The notes: a model not told the origin generated them from the sequence alone. A stretch of DNA of 64,000 nucleotides from a cyanobacterium endosymbiont of Rhopalodia gibba (GCA_045159875.1 CP067995.1:544001-608000); one strand, 5' to 3'. Counted from the stretch's first letter, positions 24,066 to 35,727 are shown. A program made the numbers and translations.

Positions 24066-24978
24066 TATAATTAATATACTAATCTTAAAAGTTGTGAATT
24101 GTCGTTTACAATTCTCTTCCTTTCCTTACAATCTAACTTAGATAAGTGGTTCTAAATAAACAGATAAAAACTAATAATTTTGTGTCTCCATACTCTAAGC
24201 ACTTAGAATTAAACTATTATTGTTCTAATAGATATTTTTTATGGCAACTATTTTGTCTAGATTGTCTCTAAACATCCTTCCATCAATTTTATTGGCTTTC
24301 GTTTAATGCCACTCCTATTAGATTAGATCTATTCCTAGATTATGAGTTGTTAGACAACATAGATACAACATTTTTTCTTCTCATTGTTTCAGTTTAATTC
24401 TAGCTCAACTACTTGTATGCACTAAGTAATTATCAAGAATGATTATCTTATCTATTCCTTGCTATTGATAAAATTTTTTAGCTTTGTCTATTTATTTAAA
24501 ATTTTTACAAAATCTTCTTTTTTTTAGCTCTATATTGATGTGAGATGATAAAAAAATATTTATTTTGTATACTTCTATTATGTTTAGTCTTATTCTTGAT
24601 TTTAACTCTGTGGAATTACTTTATTTTTTTCACTTGTCGGAAAATTTTATAATCTCTTTCTTGAATAATTTATTTAGAAATCGTTATTATCATTTTATTT
24701 ATATTAGATAGTAGTTCTACCTAATCTGCAATTTTTGAAATTTTTTTTCCTCTTGGATTTAAACACAAAATTTCTACTCTTGTTATAGGAAAAATTTTTA
24801 GATCGCTAGTCAACTTTTATAGTGCTTCTTCTTCTAATTGTATTATCTGAATTTTTAGGCACACTGACACCTAAAATGATCGTTTGATCGTTTTTTTTAT
24901 TTTTTACTTATTTAAGCTCACTTACTTGGAGGTACCGCGATCGCCTATATTACTACTTGTCCCCGAATAGTTAATCTT

Positions 24979-26112
24979 ATGCGAGTTGCCTTATTCACAG
25001 AGACCTTTTTACCTAAAATTGACGGAATTGTAACCCGTTTGCGTCATACCGTTGAACATTTGCAGCGTAACGGCGATCAAGTATTAGTTTTCTGTCCTGA
25101 TGGAGGTGTCACTGAACACAAAGGAGCCAAAGTTCATGGAGTTAAAGGAATGTCTCTTCCTCTCTACCCAGAATTAAAATTAGCCATCCCTACCCCCACT
25201 GTCGGTAAAGCAATGGAACGATTTAAACCCAATTTAGTTCATGTGGTCAATCCTGCTGTTTTAGGATTAGGGGGAATTTATTATGCTAGAACAATGAATA
25301 TTCCGCTTGTTGCCTCTTATCATACCCATTTACCCCAATATCTACAACATTACGGATTAGGTTCACTAGAAGGGTTACTTTGGGAATTATTAAAATTAGG
25401 ACATAATCAGGCACAATTAAACCTCTGTACCTCAACCGCCATGGTGAATGAATTAGTCACCCATGGTATTGAGCGAGTTGACTTGTGGCAACGGGGGGTA
25501 GATACAGAAATGTTCCAACCCCATTTAAGCTCTCAACAGATGCGATCACGGCTATCACAGGGACACCCTGAATATCCTTTATTGTTGTATGTCGGACGAG
25601 TTTCCCCAGAAAAGCAAATTGAGAACATCAAACCTGTTCTGGAAGCTATTCCTGAGGCTCGTTTAGCTGTTGTCGGGGATGGACCTCATCGAGAGGCGTT
25701 GAAAGCTCATTTTGCAGGGACTAAGACAAATTTTGTAGGTTATCTCCAGGGGTTAGAATTAGCTGCCGCGTTTGCTTCATCAGATGCCTTTATTTTCCCT
25801 TCGAGAACGGAAACCCTAGGTTTAGTCTTATTAGAAGCTATGGCGGCAGGATGTCCCGTGGTAGCTGCTAATTCTGGGGGAATACCCGATATCATTACCG
25901 ATGGGGTTAATGGATATTTATTTGAGCCGGCTGATACTGATGGGGCTATTGTCGCAACTCAACGCTTGTTAGCGGCAAAAGAAGAACGAGAAAAATTACG
26001 AGGAAATGCTCGTCTTGAGGCAGAACGTTGGGGTTGGGGAGCGGCTACTCGCCAGTTACGCGACTATTATCAAAAGATTCTTTATAAAGATTCTTTATCA
26101 ACTGCAGCTTAA
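24979..26112 (+). CDS. sqdX: Sulfoquinovosyl diacylglycerol synthase, GT4 glycosyltransferase
   Basis: MRVALFTETFLPKIDGIVTRL, SYHTHLPQYL, PSRTETLGLVLLEAMA. Confidence 0.85.
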   Translation: MRVALFTETFLPKIDGIVTRLRHTVEHLQRNGDQVLVFCPDGGVTEHKGAKVHGVKGMSLPLYPELKLAIPTPTVGKAMERFKPNLVHVVNPAVLGLGGIYYARTMNIPLVASYHTHLPQYLQHYGLGSLEGLLWELLKLGHNQAQLNLCTSTAMVNELVTHGIERVDLWQRGVDTEMFQPHLSSQQMRSRLSQGHPEYPLLLYVGRVSPEKQIENIKPVLEAIPEARLAVVGDGPHREALKAHFAGTKTNFVGYLQGLELAAAFASSDAFIFPSRTETLGLVLLEAMAAGCPVVAANSGGIPDIITDGVNGYLFEPADTDGAIVATQRLLAAKEEREKLRGNARLEAERWGWGAATRQLRDYYQKILYKDSLSTAA

Positions 26113-26144
26113 ATCAACTCTAAGTAAATAGAGAAGTTTGAGTA

Positions 26145-26168
26145 AGAGACGTTTGAGCAAACGTCTCT
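26145..26168. terminator. Hairpin between convergent sqdX and DUF4079 genes
   Basis: agagacgtttg-ag-caaacgtctct; resembles a common cyanobacterial palindromic element. Confidence 0.6.
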
Positions 26169-26213
26169 ACAAAGCTTATTCAACACAAAAAAAATTAAAT
26201 TCATAAAAATCAA

Positions 26214-26687
26214 TTAGGACATTTTATCAAGAATTTTCATAAAAATATTCATGCCACTTATTACCTGCCAACCAAACAGACTAACAATAAAAATATTTAA
26301 AGTGATATGGGCATAACGAGCTAATTCATTACCTTTCTGCATGAAAGGGGAAAGGGAAGCAGAAACAGCGATAATTGCAGTTATACTCAATCCAACTAAT
26401 AAATGAGGACCGAAAAACAATTTTCCATTATTAATATATGTAATAGCCATTCCGCCCATGTTACCCATTACCATTAGGGCCAATAGTAATGATCCTAGTT
26501 GATAGTGTCGAGTTTTAAAGTCTTTTAGTAGTAATTCTTTTTTAAGATCTTTATCGGCTGTCCGAGTTCGTCGCCATTGAATGCCTAAATATGAGGTATA
26601 AATGGCTAATCCGAATAATGACCACATTAAAATGGGATGGCTAAACTGTGACCATATTTTAATAGGTTCTGGAATATTTACTGTCAT
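26214..26687 (-). CDS. DUF4079 family membrane protein
   Basis: HPILMW, RHYQLGS, NGKLFFGPHLLVGL, HITLN. Confidence 0.85.
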   Translation of the reverse strand: MTVNIPEPIKIWSQFSHPILMWSLFGLAIYTSYLGIQWRRTRTADKDLKKELLLKDFKTRHYQLGSLLLALMVMGNMGGMAITYINNGKLFFGPHLLVGLSITAIIAVSASLSPFMQKGNELARYAHITLNIFIVSLFGWQVISGMNIFMKILDKMS

Positions 26688-26798
26688 GGATGGTTTTTCT
26701 CCCTAAAATGAACACTTTACATAACTTAACTCATTACCTAACCTATCACAATCTGCACGAAAAGTGAGCACAACTAACGGTAATGAAAACAATCTAAA

Positions 26799-27008
26799 TT
26801 AAACACTTAGTTTAAACCCATTAACTGGGACTTCGTCCCAAGAGTCTACGATTCTAAGCGTGGCGCTCCAACCTTCTTCTTTTTGTTGTTCACTTAAGTC
26901 TTTAAGCCAAGTTTTGTGGCATTCTTCTGCTGTTGCTTCATCACAACAAGCAATACAAGAATAAACAATTCCACAGGGATCGATTTGTTCATTAATCCAA
27001 ATTTTCAT
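26799..27008 (-). CDS. Small conserved cyanobacterial protein
   Basis: MKIWINEQIDPCGIVYSCIACCDE motif recalled from a conserved 70-aa family. Confidence 0.7.
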   Translation of the reverse strand: MKIWINEQIDPCGIVYSCIACCDEATAEECHKTWLKDLSEQQKEEGWSATLRIVDSWDEVPVNGFKLSV

Positions 27009-27048
27009 AATGTTTATTCATCTCTATAATTAATTAGTTTATTACCCT

Positions 27049-27723
27049 TCAAGAATCAATTAAATGATGATCGAGGGCGAATCGTACCAATTCAGCGCGG
27101 TTATTAGTTTCGGTTTTTCGAAGTAGGCTGCTAACATATTTTTCTACTGTTCTGGGACTTAAATGTAGTTTCTGCCCAATGTCTCCATTAGATAACCCAG
27201 TTGTCAGTAAGTTAAGGACTTGAACTTCCCGTGGGGTAAAGTGGAGATAATTGGCAAGAGACTGATTTTTGTCCTCTGTTTCTTGAGAAAAATTGTTTTT
27301 TTGTTTTCCAAAAGACTTCCGTTTCGAGAAACCCAATTCAGATTGGATCATTTGGGTTCGTTCTAAAAGATTGCGGACTACTGCCTTGAGTTCTTCCATT
27401 TCAAAGGGTTTAGGAAGATAAACGTCACACCCCACCTCATATCCTTGAATTCGTTCTCCTGTACTATCTCGTTCGGTCAGAAAAATCACTGGTAAAAGAC
27501 GGAATTCTGGTAACTGCCGTATATAGCGAACTAGAGTATAACCATCTTTTTGTGGCATTTTAATATCGGATATTAACAAATGAGGACGATATGCCACTAA
27601 AAGAGACAAGGCTTCTTGTCCATTTTTGGCAGTTATGACAGAATAACTGTAAAGTTCTAAATAATCTTTGACAGCTAATCGAACTCCTGGATCATCATCA
27701 GCTATTAAGATTAATAATGACAT
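27049..27723 (-). CDS. NarL/LuxR-family response regulator (Ycf29-like)
   Basis: Receiver domain (DDD, DIKMP, KPF) plus LuxR HTH (LSPRTVEKYVS). Confidence 0.92.
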   Translation of the reverse strand: MSLLILIADDDPGVRLAVKDYLELYSYSVITAKNGQEALSLLVAYRPHLLISDIKMPQKDGYTLVRYIRQLPEFRLLPVIFLTERDSTGERIQGYEVGCDVYLPKPFEMEELKAVVRNLLERTQMIQSELGFSKRKSFGKQKNNFSQETEDKNQSLANYLHFTPREVQVLNLLTTGLSNGDIGQKLHLSPRTVEKYVSSLLRKTETNNRAELVRFALDHHLIDS

Positions 27724-27877
27724 AGATATAAAGCAGTCTAATCTTTACTCTTACTAACAATTTAGAAGTAGTCAGCTTATAAGGTTATCTTACCATTGGC
27801 AGTGGAGAATCTAGAGAAAAGCTTTGAGGGAACTCGGGCTATGATCTTTGATTGAATCAAAGAAACATTAGATGACT

Positions 27878-28046
27878 TTAGGCTTCGGGTTTATATTAAA
27901 ACAAGGGCTTGTAGCAAAATTTAAGATACTTTGTTTCGCGTTATGAGTTGGAGAGACTGTAGATCTTATTCAAAAAATAGTACTAGTTCCGACAAATATT
28001 TCATCACCAGATCGACACTAAGCAACCCTACATCAAATTCAGTTAT
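27878..28046 (-). pseudogene. hfq: Cyanobacterial Hfq pseudogene
   Basis: ITEFDVGLLSV (cf. MxEFDTGLPSVR), internal deletion, stops, QALV...PEA*; divergent from dapF as recalled for cyanobacterial hfq. Confidence 0.75.
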
Positions 28047-28156
28047 TTTTTCGGGAAAAGAGCAACTAATTAATCTTTTCAGTTGTAAATCAGGAAACAC
28101 TTGCAGATTGTTCTCTAATTGATTGATAATCTATTGATATTAATGGGGAATTAAAC

Positions 28157-28996
28157 ATGGCTATTGAATTTACTAAGTATCATGGATTGGGCAACGATTT
28201 CATTCTGATTGATAATCGTTTGAGTAATTCACCGTTAGTGTCTCCAGAGCAGTCCGTTAAAATGTGTGATCGTCATTTTGGAATCGGGGCAGATGGGGTG
28301 ATTTTGGCTCTCCCAGGAATAGGCAATACCGACTACACCATGCGAATTTTTAATCCTGATGGTTCTGAACCCCAAATGTGTGGTAATGGAATTCGCTGTC
28401 TAGCCCGTTTCATTGCTCAGCTAGAAGGTGGAGAAACGCTAGGAAAAACTTATTCTATTCATACTCCAACTGGAGTAATTTCCCCTCGTTTAGAAGCTGA
28501 AGGACAAGTGAGAGTAGATATGGGAACCCCTTATTTATTTGCCCATGAAATTCCCACAACTTTAGGAAATCCTAACGAAACAGTAATTAATCAACCCCTA
28601 GCTGTAGCAGGAAAACTCTGGTTAGTTACCTGCGTGAGTATGGGCAACCCCCACTGTATTACTTTTGTTGAAGATGCATCAGCAATTGATTTAGCTGTCT
28701 TGGGACTTCAATTTGAATATCATCAGATGTTTCCTGAGCGCATCAATACAGAATTTATAGAGGTAGTTCGTCCTGATTATCTAAAAATGCGGGTTTGGGA
28801 AAGAGGTGCAGGGGCTACCTTAGCCTGCGGAACAGGGGCCTGTGCATCCGTAGTGGCTGGGGTGTTGACCGAAAACTGTGCTCGCAACTGTACCGTAGAA
28901 CTGCCAGGAGGCCGTCTGATGATTGAATGGTCTGAAGTCGATAATCGACTCTATATGACGGGACAGGCTCAACTGGTGTTCACAGGAAGTTATTAA
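28157..28996 (+). CDS. dapF: Diaminopimelate epimerase
   Basis: [37 protein letters not shown]. Confidence 0.97.
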   Translation: MAIEFTKYHGLGNDFILIDNRLSNSPLVSPEQSVKMCDRHFGIGADGVILALPGIGNTDYTMRIFNPDGSEPQMCGNGIRCLARFIAQLEGGETLGKTYSIHTPTGVISPRLEAEGQVRVDMGTPYLFAHEIPTTLGNPNETVINQPLAVAGKLWLVTCVSMGNPHCITFVEDASAIDLAVLGLQFEYHQMFPERINTEFIEVVRPDYLKMRVWERGAGATLACGTGACASVVAGVLTENCARNCTVELPGGRLMIEWSEVDNRLYMTGQAQLVFTGSY

Positions 28997-29069
28997 AAGA
29001 AATTTTTAAAGATGTAATAAGTTCAGAAATGTTAAGATAAAAAGCCGTTTAGAAGAACAAAATAGATTA

Positions 29070-29489
29070 ATGTCTCCCTTACCTGACTATCGACCTCAAA
29101 AACTTTCCCTCGGTCATCTCGAAGCCGAAATCTTAGAGATTATTTGGGACTTAGAAACAGCAACGGTAAAGCAGATTCATGATCGCATTTTATCTGATCC
29201 TGAACGAGAGTTGGCTTATGCTTCTGTCACGACCGTCTTACATCGTCTCACCCAAAAAGGATGGCTAGAATACTCTAAAAAAGGGCGAGCTTTTTCTTGG
29301 CATCCCCTTATCTCTCGCGAACAAGCGCGGGCCATACAGGCTTATGAGCAATTGCAGCAATTTTTAGCCATTAGCAATCCTGATATCGTGGCAGCCTTTG
29401 CGGATAGTTTAGATACAGCTAGTTTAGAACAGTTAAATGCGATCGCGTCTCGTTTACAAACTATTCGTCATCAACGAGAGGAGACTTAA
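29070..29489 (+). CDS. BlaI/MecI/CopY family transcriptional repressor
   Basis: LEAEILEIIW, LAYASVTTVLHRL winged helix. Confidence 0.9.
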   Translation: MSPLPDYRPQKLSLGHLEAEILEIIWDLETATVKQIHDRILSDPERELAYASVTTVLHRLTQKGWLEYSKKGRAFSWHPLISREQARAIQAYEQLQQFLAISNPDIVAAFADSLDTASLEQLNAIASRLQTIRHQREET

Positions 29490-29492
29490 GTT

Positions 29493-30347
29493 ATGCACTT
29501 ATTAATGATAGTAGTAGCCTTGATTTTGGCTTGGAGTATTCGTCTTTATACTCCCTTATCTCATATTCCTTGGACAACTCGTTGGCAGCGATCACTATTT
29601 TGTTTCGTATTTTCTCCTTTGCTATTATTGATGACAGCGATCGCTGTCATGGTGATGGGATGTCACGGAAAAATGTTAGGATGGCAATCTGGTTGGTATA
29701 GTTACTTATTTGCAATAAGCTTTCTTATTTTTACTACCACTTCTATCGTAAAATTAGCTTTTCAAGGGTGGCAATCTATCCAAATAACCAATAAGTATCC
29801 CCAAAAAACTATCGAGGGAAAGACTATAAGACTTCTTGATACTTCTTTCCCCTACAGCGCACAGGTTGGTTTTTGGAATTCTAAATTGGTCATTAGTCAA
29901 GGACTTTTAGATACCCTAGATAAGGACCATTTAAGTGCCGTTGTTGCTCATGAAGAGGCTCATACTCAGTACCGAGATACTTTTTGGTTTTTTATATTAG
30001 GTTGGCTAGGTTATATTAGTCCTTGGTTGCCCAACACTGATGAGCTGTGGCAAGATTTATTATTGTTACGAGAAATTCGGGCTGATCGACGAGCTTCTCA
30101 ACAGGTCGACCCCTTATTAATTGCCGAATCATTAGTAATTATCACTCAAAAAATACATATGATTTCAGGAAATATAACAACAGGAGTTATGGAAGTTGCC
30201 TTCCATGATAAGGCTATTTCTGGTCGTATAAATGAACGAATTGACGCCTTATTAAATGAGTCCAAAAATCCAATTAATACTTCTTGGAAGTTGAGTTATA
30301 TTTCATTAACTTTAGCTCCATTAATTCTAATTCCTTTTCATGGCTAG
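29493..30347 (+). CDS. M56 (BlaR1-like) membrane zinc metallopeptidase
   Basis: TM segments, HEEAH (HExxH), EIRAD; 3 nt after the BlaI gene. Confidence 0.88.
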   Translation: MHLLMIVVALILAWSIRLYTPLSHIPWTTRWQRSLFCFVFSPLLLLMTAIAVMVMGCHGKMLGWQSGWYSYLFAISFLIFTTTSIVKLAFQGWQSIQITNKYPQKTIEGKTIRLLDTSFPYSAQVGFWNSKLVISQGLLDTLDKDHLSAVVAHEEAHTQYRDTFWFFILGWLGYISPWLPNTDELWQDLLLLREIRADRRASQQVDPLLIAESLVIITQKIHMISGNITTGVMEVAFHDKAISGRINERIDALLNESKNPINTSWKLSYISLTLAPLILIPFHG

Positions 30348-31378
30348 ATTAGTAAATTTTCAGAGATATTTTTTTTAGTCAAATTTTTCAATTTTAAACT
30401 GTTGTAACAAATATAGCTCTATACTCTATAGTTTTAGTTTGTTATCCTAAAAGATGAGCGGGAAATACAAATATATTTTTAGTCAAATAAAGTCAATATT
30501 TTAAGAAATTTTTGGGTATTTTTTTGTTATTAACACTAACAAAATATACAGCATTATCAATACTATGCAGACTTTCTCGCTATATCTATAATCAATTGAG
30601 AGTCTAACTTTTTACAAGATTGGCAAATAGGAGAAGACTTAAAATTTCTGGATTTTAGGAGTAGATATTCTATTCTTTAAATAAAGAAAAAAACGTAAGT
30701 ATTATCCCCATCAACTATTTCCTAAAAAAGGATGACATTAAAACTTTTATTAAGTATTTTTAGCTTTTTAAAAGGATTTAAAACTAAAATAAATTTTTTA
30801 TCATTAAAATCTAAAATACTAGAGTGCTTACTACTAAAATCATTGTATTTTCTGCCAAAAAATTTATTATTATTAAATTCGAAATAGCAAAATAATAAAT
30901 AAGTATAAACGATAACGCTAAAATATTTTTTAGCATTTACATCTATTTTGTAATTCTAAAAATAGAAAAGCTTCAATTTATCTGCCCAATCTATAATTTA
31001 AAAAACTTTCTATTCTGTTGGATTCTAACATAATATTTTTTTTGCGCTTGTTTTTGTCTTGGAGTAATTTTTTGTATCACAGGTGAACTTTAATAGTTCT
31101 TGTTACCCTAATTCTGTATAGCCTAATTCTTAGGCAGTCCAGTATGTAGCGATTGCTCTTTTGAAGACTCAATAATAAATAGTCTAACCAACAGAGATAA
31201 CCAAGCCAGTTCAACCTTATTAATTTACAATCAATTTAGCATATCTCAATTAGACCTCATTGTATATTGACGACATATCCTAGCAGTCAATGATGAGGTG
31301 AGTCATAATAGGGTCAGCGTCCTAGTCTTTTCCACGACAGGTCAGTGAGTTATTTAACCGTAGTATCGTGTCTAATCA

Positions 31379-32164
31379 ATGGCAAAAGAACCATTAATTG
31401 AACTTAAAGGAGTCAGTAAAACTTTTGGTGATCAAGTCATTCTCGATAAAATTAACTTGACTATTTATCGAGGGGAGGCACTTGTGATTATTGGACCTTC
31501 AGGAACTGGTAAATCAACAATTTTAAGGCTTATAGCTGGATTACTTCCGATAGATACCGGAGAAGTTTATATCAAAGGAAAACTACGGAAAGGACTGATC
31601 GATGATGGCAATAAACCTATGAGAATTGCTCTCGTTTTCCAGCAAGCAGCCCTTTTTGACTCCCTCAATGTTGATGAAAATGTAGGATTTTTTCTTTACG
31701 AACATTCTAAACTCCCTCGTCAAAAAATTCGTCAATTAGTTGAAGAAAAATTAGCGATGGTGGGGTTACAGGGAATAGCTGCTCGCTACCCTTCTCAACT
31801 TTCTGGAGGAATGCGTAAGCGAGTCAGTTTTGCTAGGGCTTTGATTGCCGATCCTGATAATCCAGCCGATAATCCTGAAATTGTTCTCTATGATGAACCA
31901 ACGGCGGGATTAGACCCAATTTCCTCCACTATTATTGAGGATTTAGTTCGCCGTCTTCAAAAAAGCCCTGGAGGATGTGATACGTATGTCATGGTCAGTC
32001 ACCAAGATAGTACCATTCGTCGGACTGCTGATCGCGTAATTTTTCTTTATGGAGGTGTAATCCAATGGGAAGGTGCCGTTGACGAGATCGATAGTAATGA
32101 TAACCCTCTAATGCGACAATTTTTTAGTGCTAGTGTTCAAGGCCCAATTCGAGTCATCGATTAA
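31379..32164 (+). CDS. ABC ATPase, MlaF/TGD3-like lipid transport
   Basis: GPSGTGKS, LSGGMRKRV, YDEPTAGLDP; adjacent to an MlaD gene. Confidence 0.9.
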   Translation: MAKEPLIELKGVSKTFGDQVILDKINLTIYRGEALVIIGPSGTGKSTILRLIAGLLPIDTGEVYIKGKLRKGLIDDGNKPMRIALVFQQAALFDSLNVDENVGFFLYEHSKLPRQKIRQLVEEKLAMVGLQGIAARYPSQLSGGMRKRVSFARALIADPDNPADNPEIVLYDEPTAGLDPISSTIIEDLVRRLQKSPGGCDTYVMVSHQDSTIRRTADRVIFLYGGVIQWEGAVDEIDSNDNPLMRQFFSASVQGPIRVID

Positions 32165-32244
32165 GCTATATAGAAGACAATTTATTAAATGAAACATATC
32201 CAAGTAATTGTCCTTCATATTCTTAGACAAAGTGAGGAGAAACC

Positions 32245-33657
32245 ATGCTACGAATGCGAACCATTCAAGAAGGCTCGGTGGGCTTATTTGCTCTCTTGGG
32301 ACTAGTTTTGTTTGGAGGACTGGTAATCTGGTTACGCGGGGGAGTCTTAGGTAAAAAAAGCTATCAAATTCAGGCGACTTTCAAAGATGTAAGTAGTCTA
32401 CAAATTGGGGCTCCTGTGCGTTATCGAGGGGTAGCAGTGGGAAAAATTGCTGGACTTCAACCTAGAAGTAATGGAGTCAAGGTATTGCTTGAACTTTCTT
32501 CTACTGATTTACGGATTCCCAAGAACTCTACAATACAGATTAACCGCTATGGACTGATTGGAGAAGCTTCAGTCGATATTACCCCATCGATAAATTTATC
32601 TGAGCAAGCCTTAGCTATTGACCCCACCAGTGCTGAATGTCTTGATAAAAGTCTAATTATTTGTGACAGTGATGAGATTACAGGAGAAACCGGTTCTCAA
32701 TTAGTAGAATCGTTAACTAAACTTAGTAATGCTTATAGTGATCCCAAATTTGTCAAAAATCTCAGTGATGCTTTCGCGAGTGTCTCCGTTGCTGGGAGCA
32801 AAGTTGCTAAATTAACCGATGAAATAAGTCTTTTTTCTAAAACTGCCCGTCAAGAAGTTGGAGGCACTTCTGAGGCCATTGGAAAAATTAATCAGGCGGC
32901 TGAAGATACCTCTCAATTAATGCGTACTGTTAACACAGTAGTTGCTGAAAACCGTAATGATCTCAATCGAGTGATTAATAATATGGCAAACTTAGTGGCT
33001 AATCTAGATGGATTAGTGGCAGAAAGTAGGAAAAATATTATTAGCACGTTAAATAGTTTGGAAAAAACTAGTGATCAAGTGCGGACTGTTGCCATTGATC
33101 TAGGAAAAACCGTTAATCAAGTGAACCAAGGAATCGATTCGATAAACACCCAACAAATTGCCAGAGATTTAGAATTCTTAATGGCCAATGCGGCTGAAAT
33201 GTCAGAAAATTTACGAGATGTTTCAAAATCAATTAGTGATCCTCAAGTCATTTTAACTGTTCAAAAAACCCTGGATTCAGCACGAGTTACTTTTGAAAAT
33301 GCCCAAAAAATTACCTCAGATGTAGAAGAATTGACCGGAGATCCTACCTTTAGAAATAATGTGCGTAAGTTAATGAATGGATTGAGTAACTTGGTTTCTT
33401 TTACTAATCAATTTGAACAACAACTCTATACTGCTCAACTGATGGAATCAGTAACAGCACAGTTAGAATATAACATAGATGTACAAAGGAGTTTAGCTAA
33501 TTCAAATATCCCTAAGCAAGAAAAAAGTTTTTTCCCTAGAAAGCCTATCTCTGAAGCTTTTCTTGTGTCTCCCATTACAACATCAGTTAAACAATTCAAT
33601 AATCCCCTTGAGATAGTTTCTCCCGCGAAAAATTTAAAAGAAATCCAAGAAGAATAA
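32245..33657 (+). CDS. MlaD/MCE-domain protein (Ycf22/TGD2-like)
   Basis: EGSVGLF TM anchor, GAPVRYRGVAVG, GLIGEASVDI, long helical tail. Confidence 0.9.
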   Translation: MLRMRTIQEGSVGLFALLGLVLFGGLVIWLRGGVLGKKSYQIQATFKDVSSLQIGAPVRYRGVAVGKIAGLQPRSNGVKVLLELSSTDLRIPKNSTIQINRYGLIGEASVDITPSINLSEQALAIDPTSAECLDKSLIICDSDEITGETGSQLVESLTKLSNAYSDPKFVKNLSDAFASVSVAGSKVAKLTDEISLFSKTARQEVGGTSEAIGKINQAAEDTSQLMRTVNTVVAENRNDLNRVINNMANLVANLDGLVAESRKNIISTLNSLEKTSDQVRTVAIDLGKTVNQVNQGIDSINTQQIARDLEFLMANAAEMSENLRDVSKSISDPQVILTVQKTLDSARVTFENAQKITSDVEELTGDPTFRNNVRKLMNGLSNLVSFTNQFEQQLYTAQLMESVTAQLEYNIDVQRSLANSNIPKQEKSFFPRKPISEAFLVSPITTSVKQFNNPLEIVSPAKNLKEIQEE

Positions 33658-34027
33658 ACTTTAAGTATCAACTTAAATTTGAGGATTAATAATAATGCAA
33701 AATAATTCTAATGAACTTAGGCAACTGTCTGTTTAATTCTTTCTGGAATCATAACTAATCTCCATATCCATTTCTAAAATAAGTGATGGGTGGACTCTAA
33801 GGACAGGAGGAATAAACTTGAATTTCAATTGCTATTGAAATAACAGAAAATTGGGTAGATAAGTTTTAAAAACGTTATCTAACTCCTTAGTTTCTTAAAG
33901 AGATTACTATCAACTTACCTTTTTTTTAACCATACTTTGGAAAACCTATCGCAATATTGCCCTTATAATGAAAGTTGGTTTACCTTAGCAGATCTTGTTT
34001 TGTATTGAGAGGAGTTACCAAAAAACA

Positions 34028-34390
34028 GTGTTTGTCCTCAATGGCTACGAATATTTACTTGGATTTTTACTGGCATCTAGTTTAGTCCCCATTCTTGCCC
34101 TCACCGCCTCAAAACTTTTGCGTCCCAGTGGAGGAGGACCAGAAAGAGTTACCACCTATGAGTCTGGAATGGAACCTATCGACGGTGCTTGGATCCAATT
34201 CAACATTCGCTATTATATGTTTGCGTTGGTGTTTGTCGTATTCGACGTAGAAACCGTTTTTTTGTACCCCTGGGCAGTAGCGTTTAGTCAATTAGGACTG
34301 TTAGCTTTTGTGGAAGCCCTGATTTTTATCGCGATTCTAGTAATCGCCCTCGTTTATGCCTGGCGCAAAGGCGCACTCGAATGGTCCTAG
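34028..34390 (+). CDS. ndhC: NDH-1 subunit C
   Basis: GTG start [40 protein letters not shown]; 120 aa. Confidence 0.97.
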   Translation: MFVLNGYEYLLGFLLASSLVPILALTASKLLRPSGGGPERVTTYESGMEPIDGAWIQFNIRYYMFALVFVVFDVETVFLYPWAVAFSQLGLLAFVEALIFIAILVIALVYAWRKGALEWS

Positions 34391-34410
34391 CATCAGCGAT
34401 CAATTGGGAA

Positions 34411-34443
34411 TTGTTCATTGTTCATTATTCATTGTTCATTGTC
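34411..34443 (+). repeat. Heptamer tandem repeat (ttgttca)n, STRR-like
   Basis: ttgttca ttgttca ttattca ttgttca ttgtc between ndhC and ndhK. Confidence 0.8.
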
Positions 34444-34448
34444 AAACC

Positions 34449-35201
34449 ATGAATCCTAATACTACCCTCGATTTAGCTGCCATTGAGCAGCAACAAAAAG
34501 AAAAAATTCTCAACCCTATTGCTCGCAGTCAAGTTACTCAAGACCTCTCGGAAAATGTCATCCTTACTACCGTAGATGATCTTCATAACTGGGCGCGTTT
34601 ATCAAGTCTCTGGCCACTATTGTACGGAACAGCCTGCTGTTTTATCGAATTTGCTGCTTTAATTGGCTCTCGTTTTGATTTTGATCGTTTTGGTCTAGTT
34701 CCCCGTTCTAGTCCTAGACAAGCAGATTTAATTATTACTGCTGGAACCATCACGATGAAAATGGCTCCGGCATTGGTGCGTCTTTATGAACAAATGCCTG
34801 ATCCCAAATATGTGATTGCTATGGGTGCTTGTACTATTACAGGAGGAATGTTCAGCAGTGATTCTACAACAGCAGTGAGAGGGGTTGATAAGTTGATTCC
34901 TGTAGACGTATACATTCCAGGCTGTCCTCCTCGTCCAGAAGCGATTTTTGATGCAATCATCAAACTTCGTAAAAAAGTCTCTAACGAAACCATTCAAGAA
35001 CGGGCAATGCTAATGGAGCAAACTCACCGCTACTATAGTACAACCCACAATATGAAAGCGGTTGACCCGATTTTAACAGGTAAATATCTACAAACGGAGA
35101 ATCGTCAGGCTCCCCCCAAAGAATTAACTGATGCAATCGGTATGTCTGTTCCCCCCGCTTTAGCGTCCCAGAAACAAAAGGAGGAAATTGAACATGGTTG
35201 A
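34449..35201 (+). CDS. ndhK: NDH-1 subunit K
   Basis: [27 protein letters not shown] at 34449. Confidence 0.97.
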   Translation: MNPNTTLDLAAIEQQQKEKILNPIARSQVTQDLSENVILTTVDDLHNWARLSSLWPLLYGTACCFIEFAALIGSRFDFDRFGLVPRSSPRQADLIITAGTITMKMAPALVRLYEQMPDPKYVIAMGACTITGGMFSSDSTTAVRGVDKLIPVDVYIPGCPPRPEAIFDAIIKLRKKVSNETIQERAMLMEQTHRYYSTTHNMKAVDPILTGKYLQTENRQAPPKELTDAIGMSVPPALASQKQKEEIEHG

Positions 35202-35727
35202 AGAAGATAAGCCAGATAATACCTCTGAAGCTAAAGAAACAGCCATTGTTGAAACTGGTCCAGTTTCAAGTTGGTTAATGGAAAATGGCTTTGAGCATGA
35301 AGCCCTTGAGCGAGATCATCTAGGTGTAGAATTGATTAAGGTGGAATCAAAATTCTTGATTCCTCTAGCTACTGCGCTCTATGCCTACGGATTTAATTAT
35401 CTTCAATGTCAAGGAGCGTTTGATTTAGGGGCAGGAAAAGAGTTAGTAAGTTTCTATCATCTCACTAAGGTTACTGATAATAGTGATCGCCCTGAAGAGA
35501 TTCGGATTAAAGTTTTCTTACCTAGGGATAATCCCCGTGTTCCTTCGGTTTACTGGATCTGGAAAGCCTCAGATTGGCAGGAACGGGAGAGTTATGACAT
35601 GTATGGCATTATTTATGAAGGACATCCTGATCTAAAACGGATTTTAATGCCTGAAGATTGGGTGGGTTGGCCATTACGAAAAGATTACGTTTCCCCAGAC
35701 TTTTACGAGTTACAAGACGCTTATTAA
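35194..35727 (+). CDS. ndhJ: NDH-1 subunit J
   Basis: [30 protein letters not shown]. Confidence 0.97.
   Translation: MVEEDKPDNTSEAKETAIVETGPVSSWLMENGFEHEALERDHLGVELIKVESKFLIPLATALYAYGFNYLQCQGAFDLGAGKELVSFYHLTKVTDNSDRPEEIRIKVFLPRDNPRVPSVYWIWKASDWQERESYDMYGIIYEGHPDLKRILMPEDWVGWPLRKDYVSPDFYELQDAY

Noticed and set aside
27931..28122. 63-aa plus-strand ORF
   Set aside because: Antisense to the hfq remnant; no recognisable protein
34356..34448. N-terminal extension of NdhK in the ORF track
   Set aside because: Overlaps ndhC and translates the heptamer repeat; ATG 34449 is more plausible
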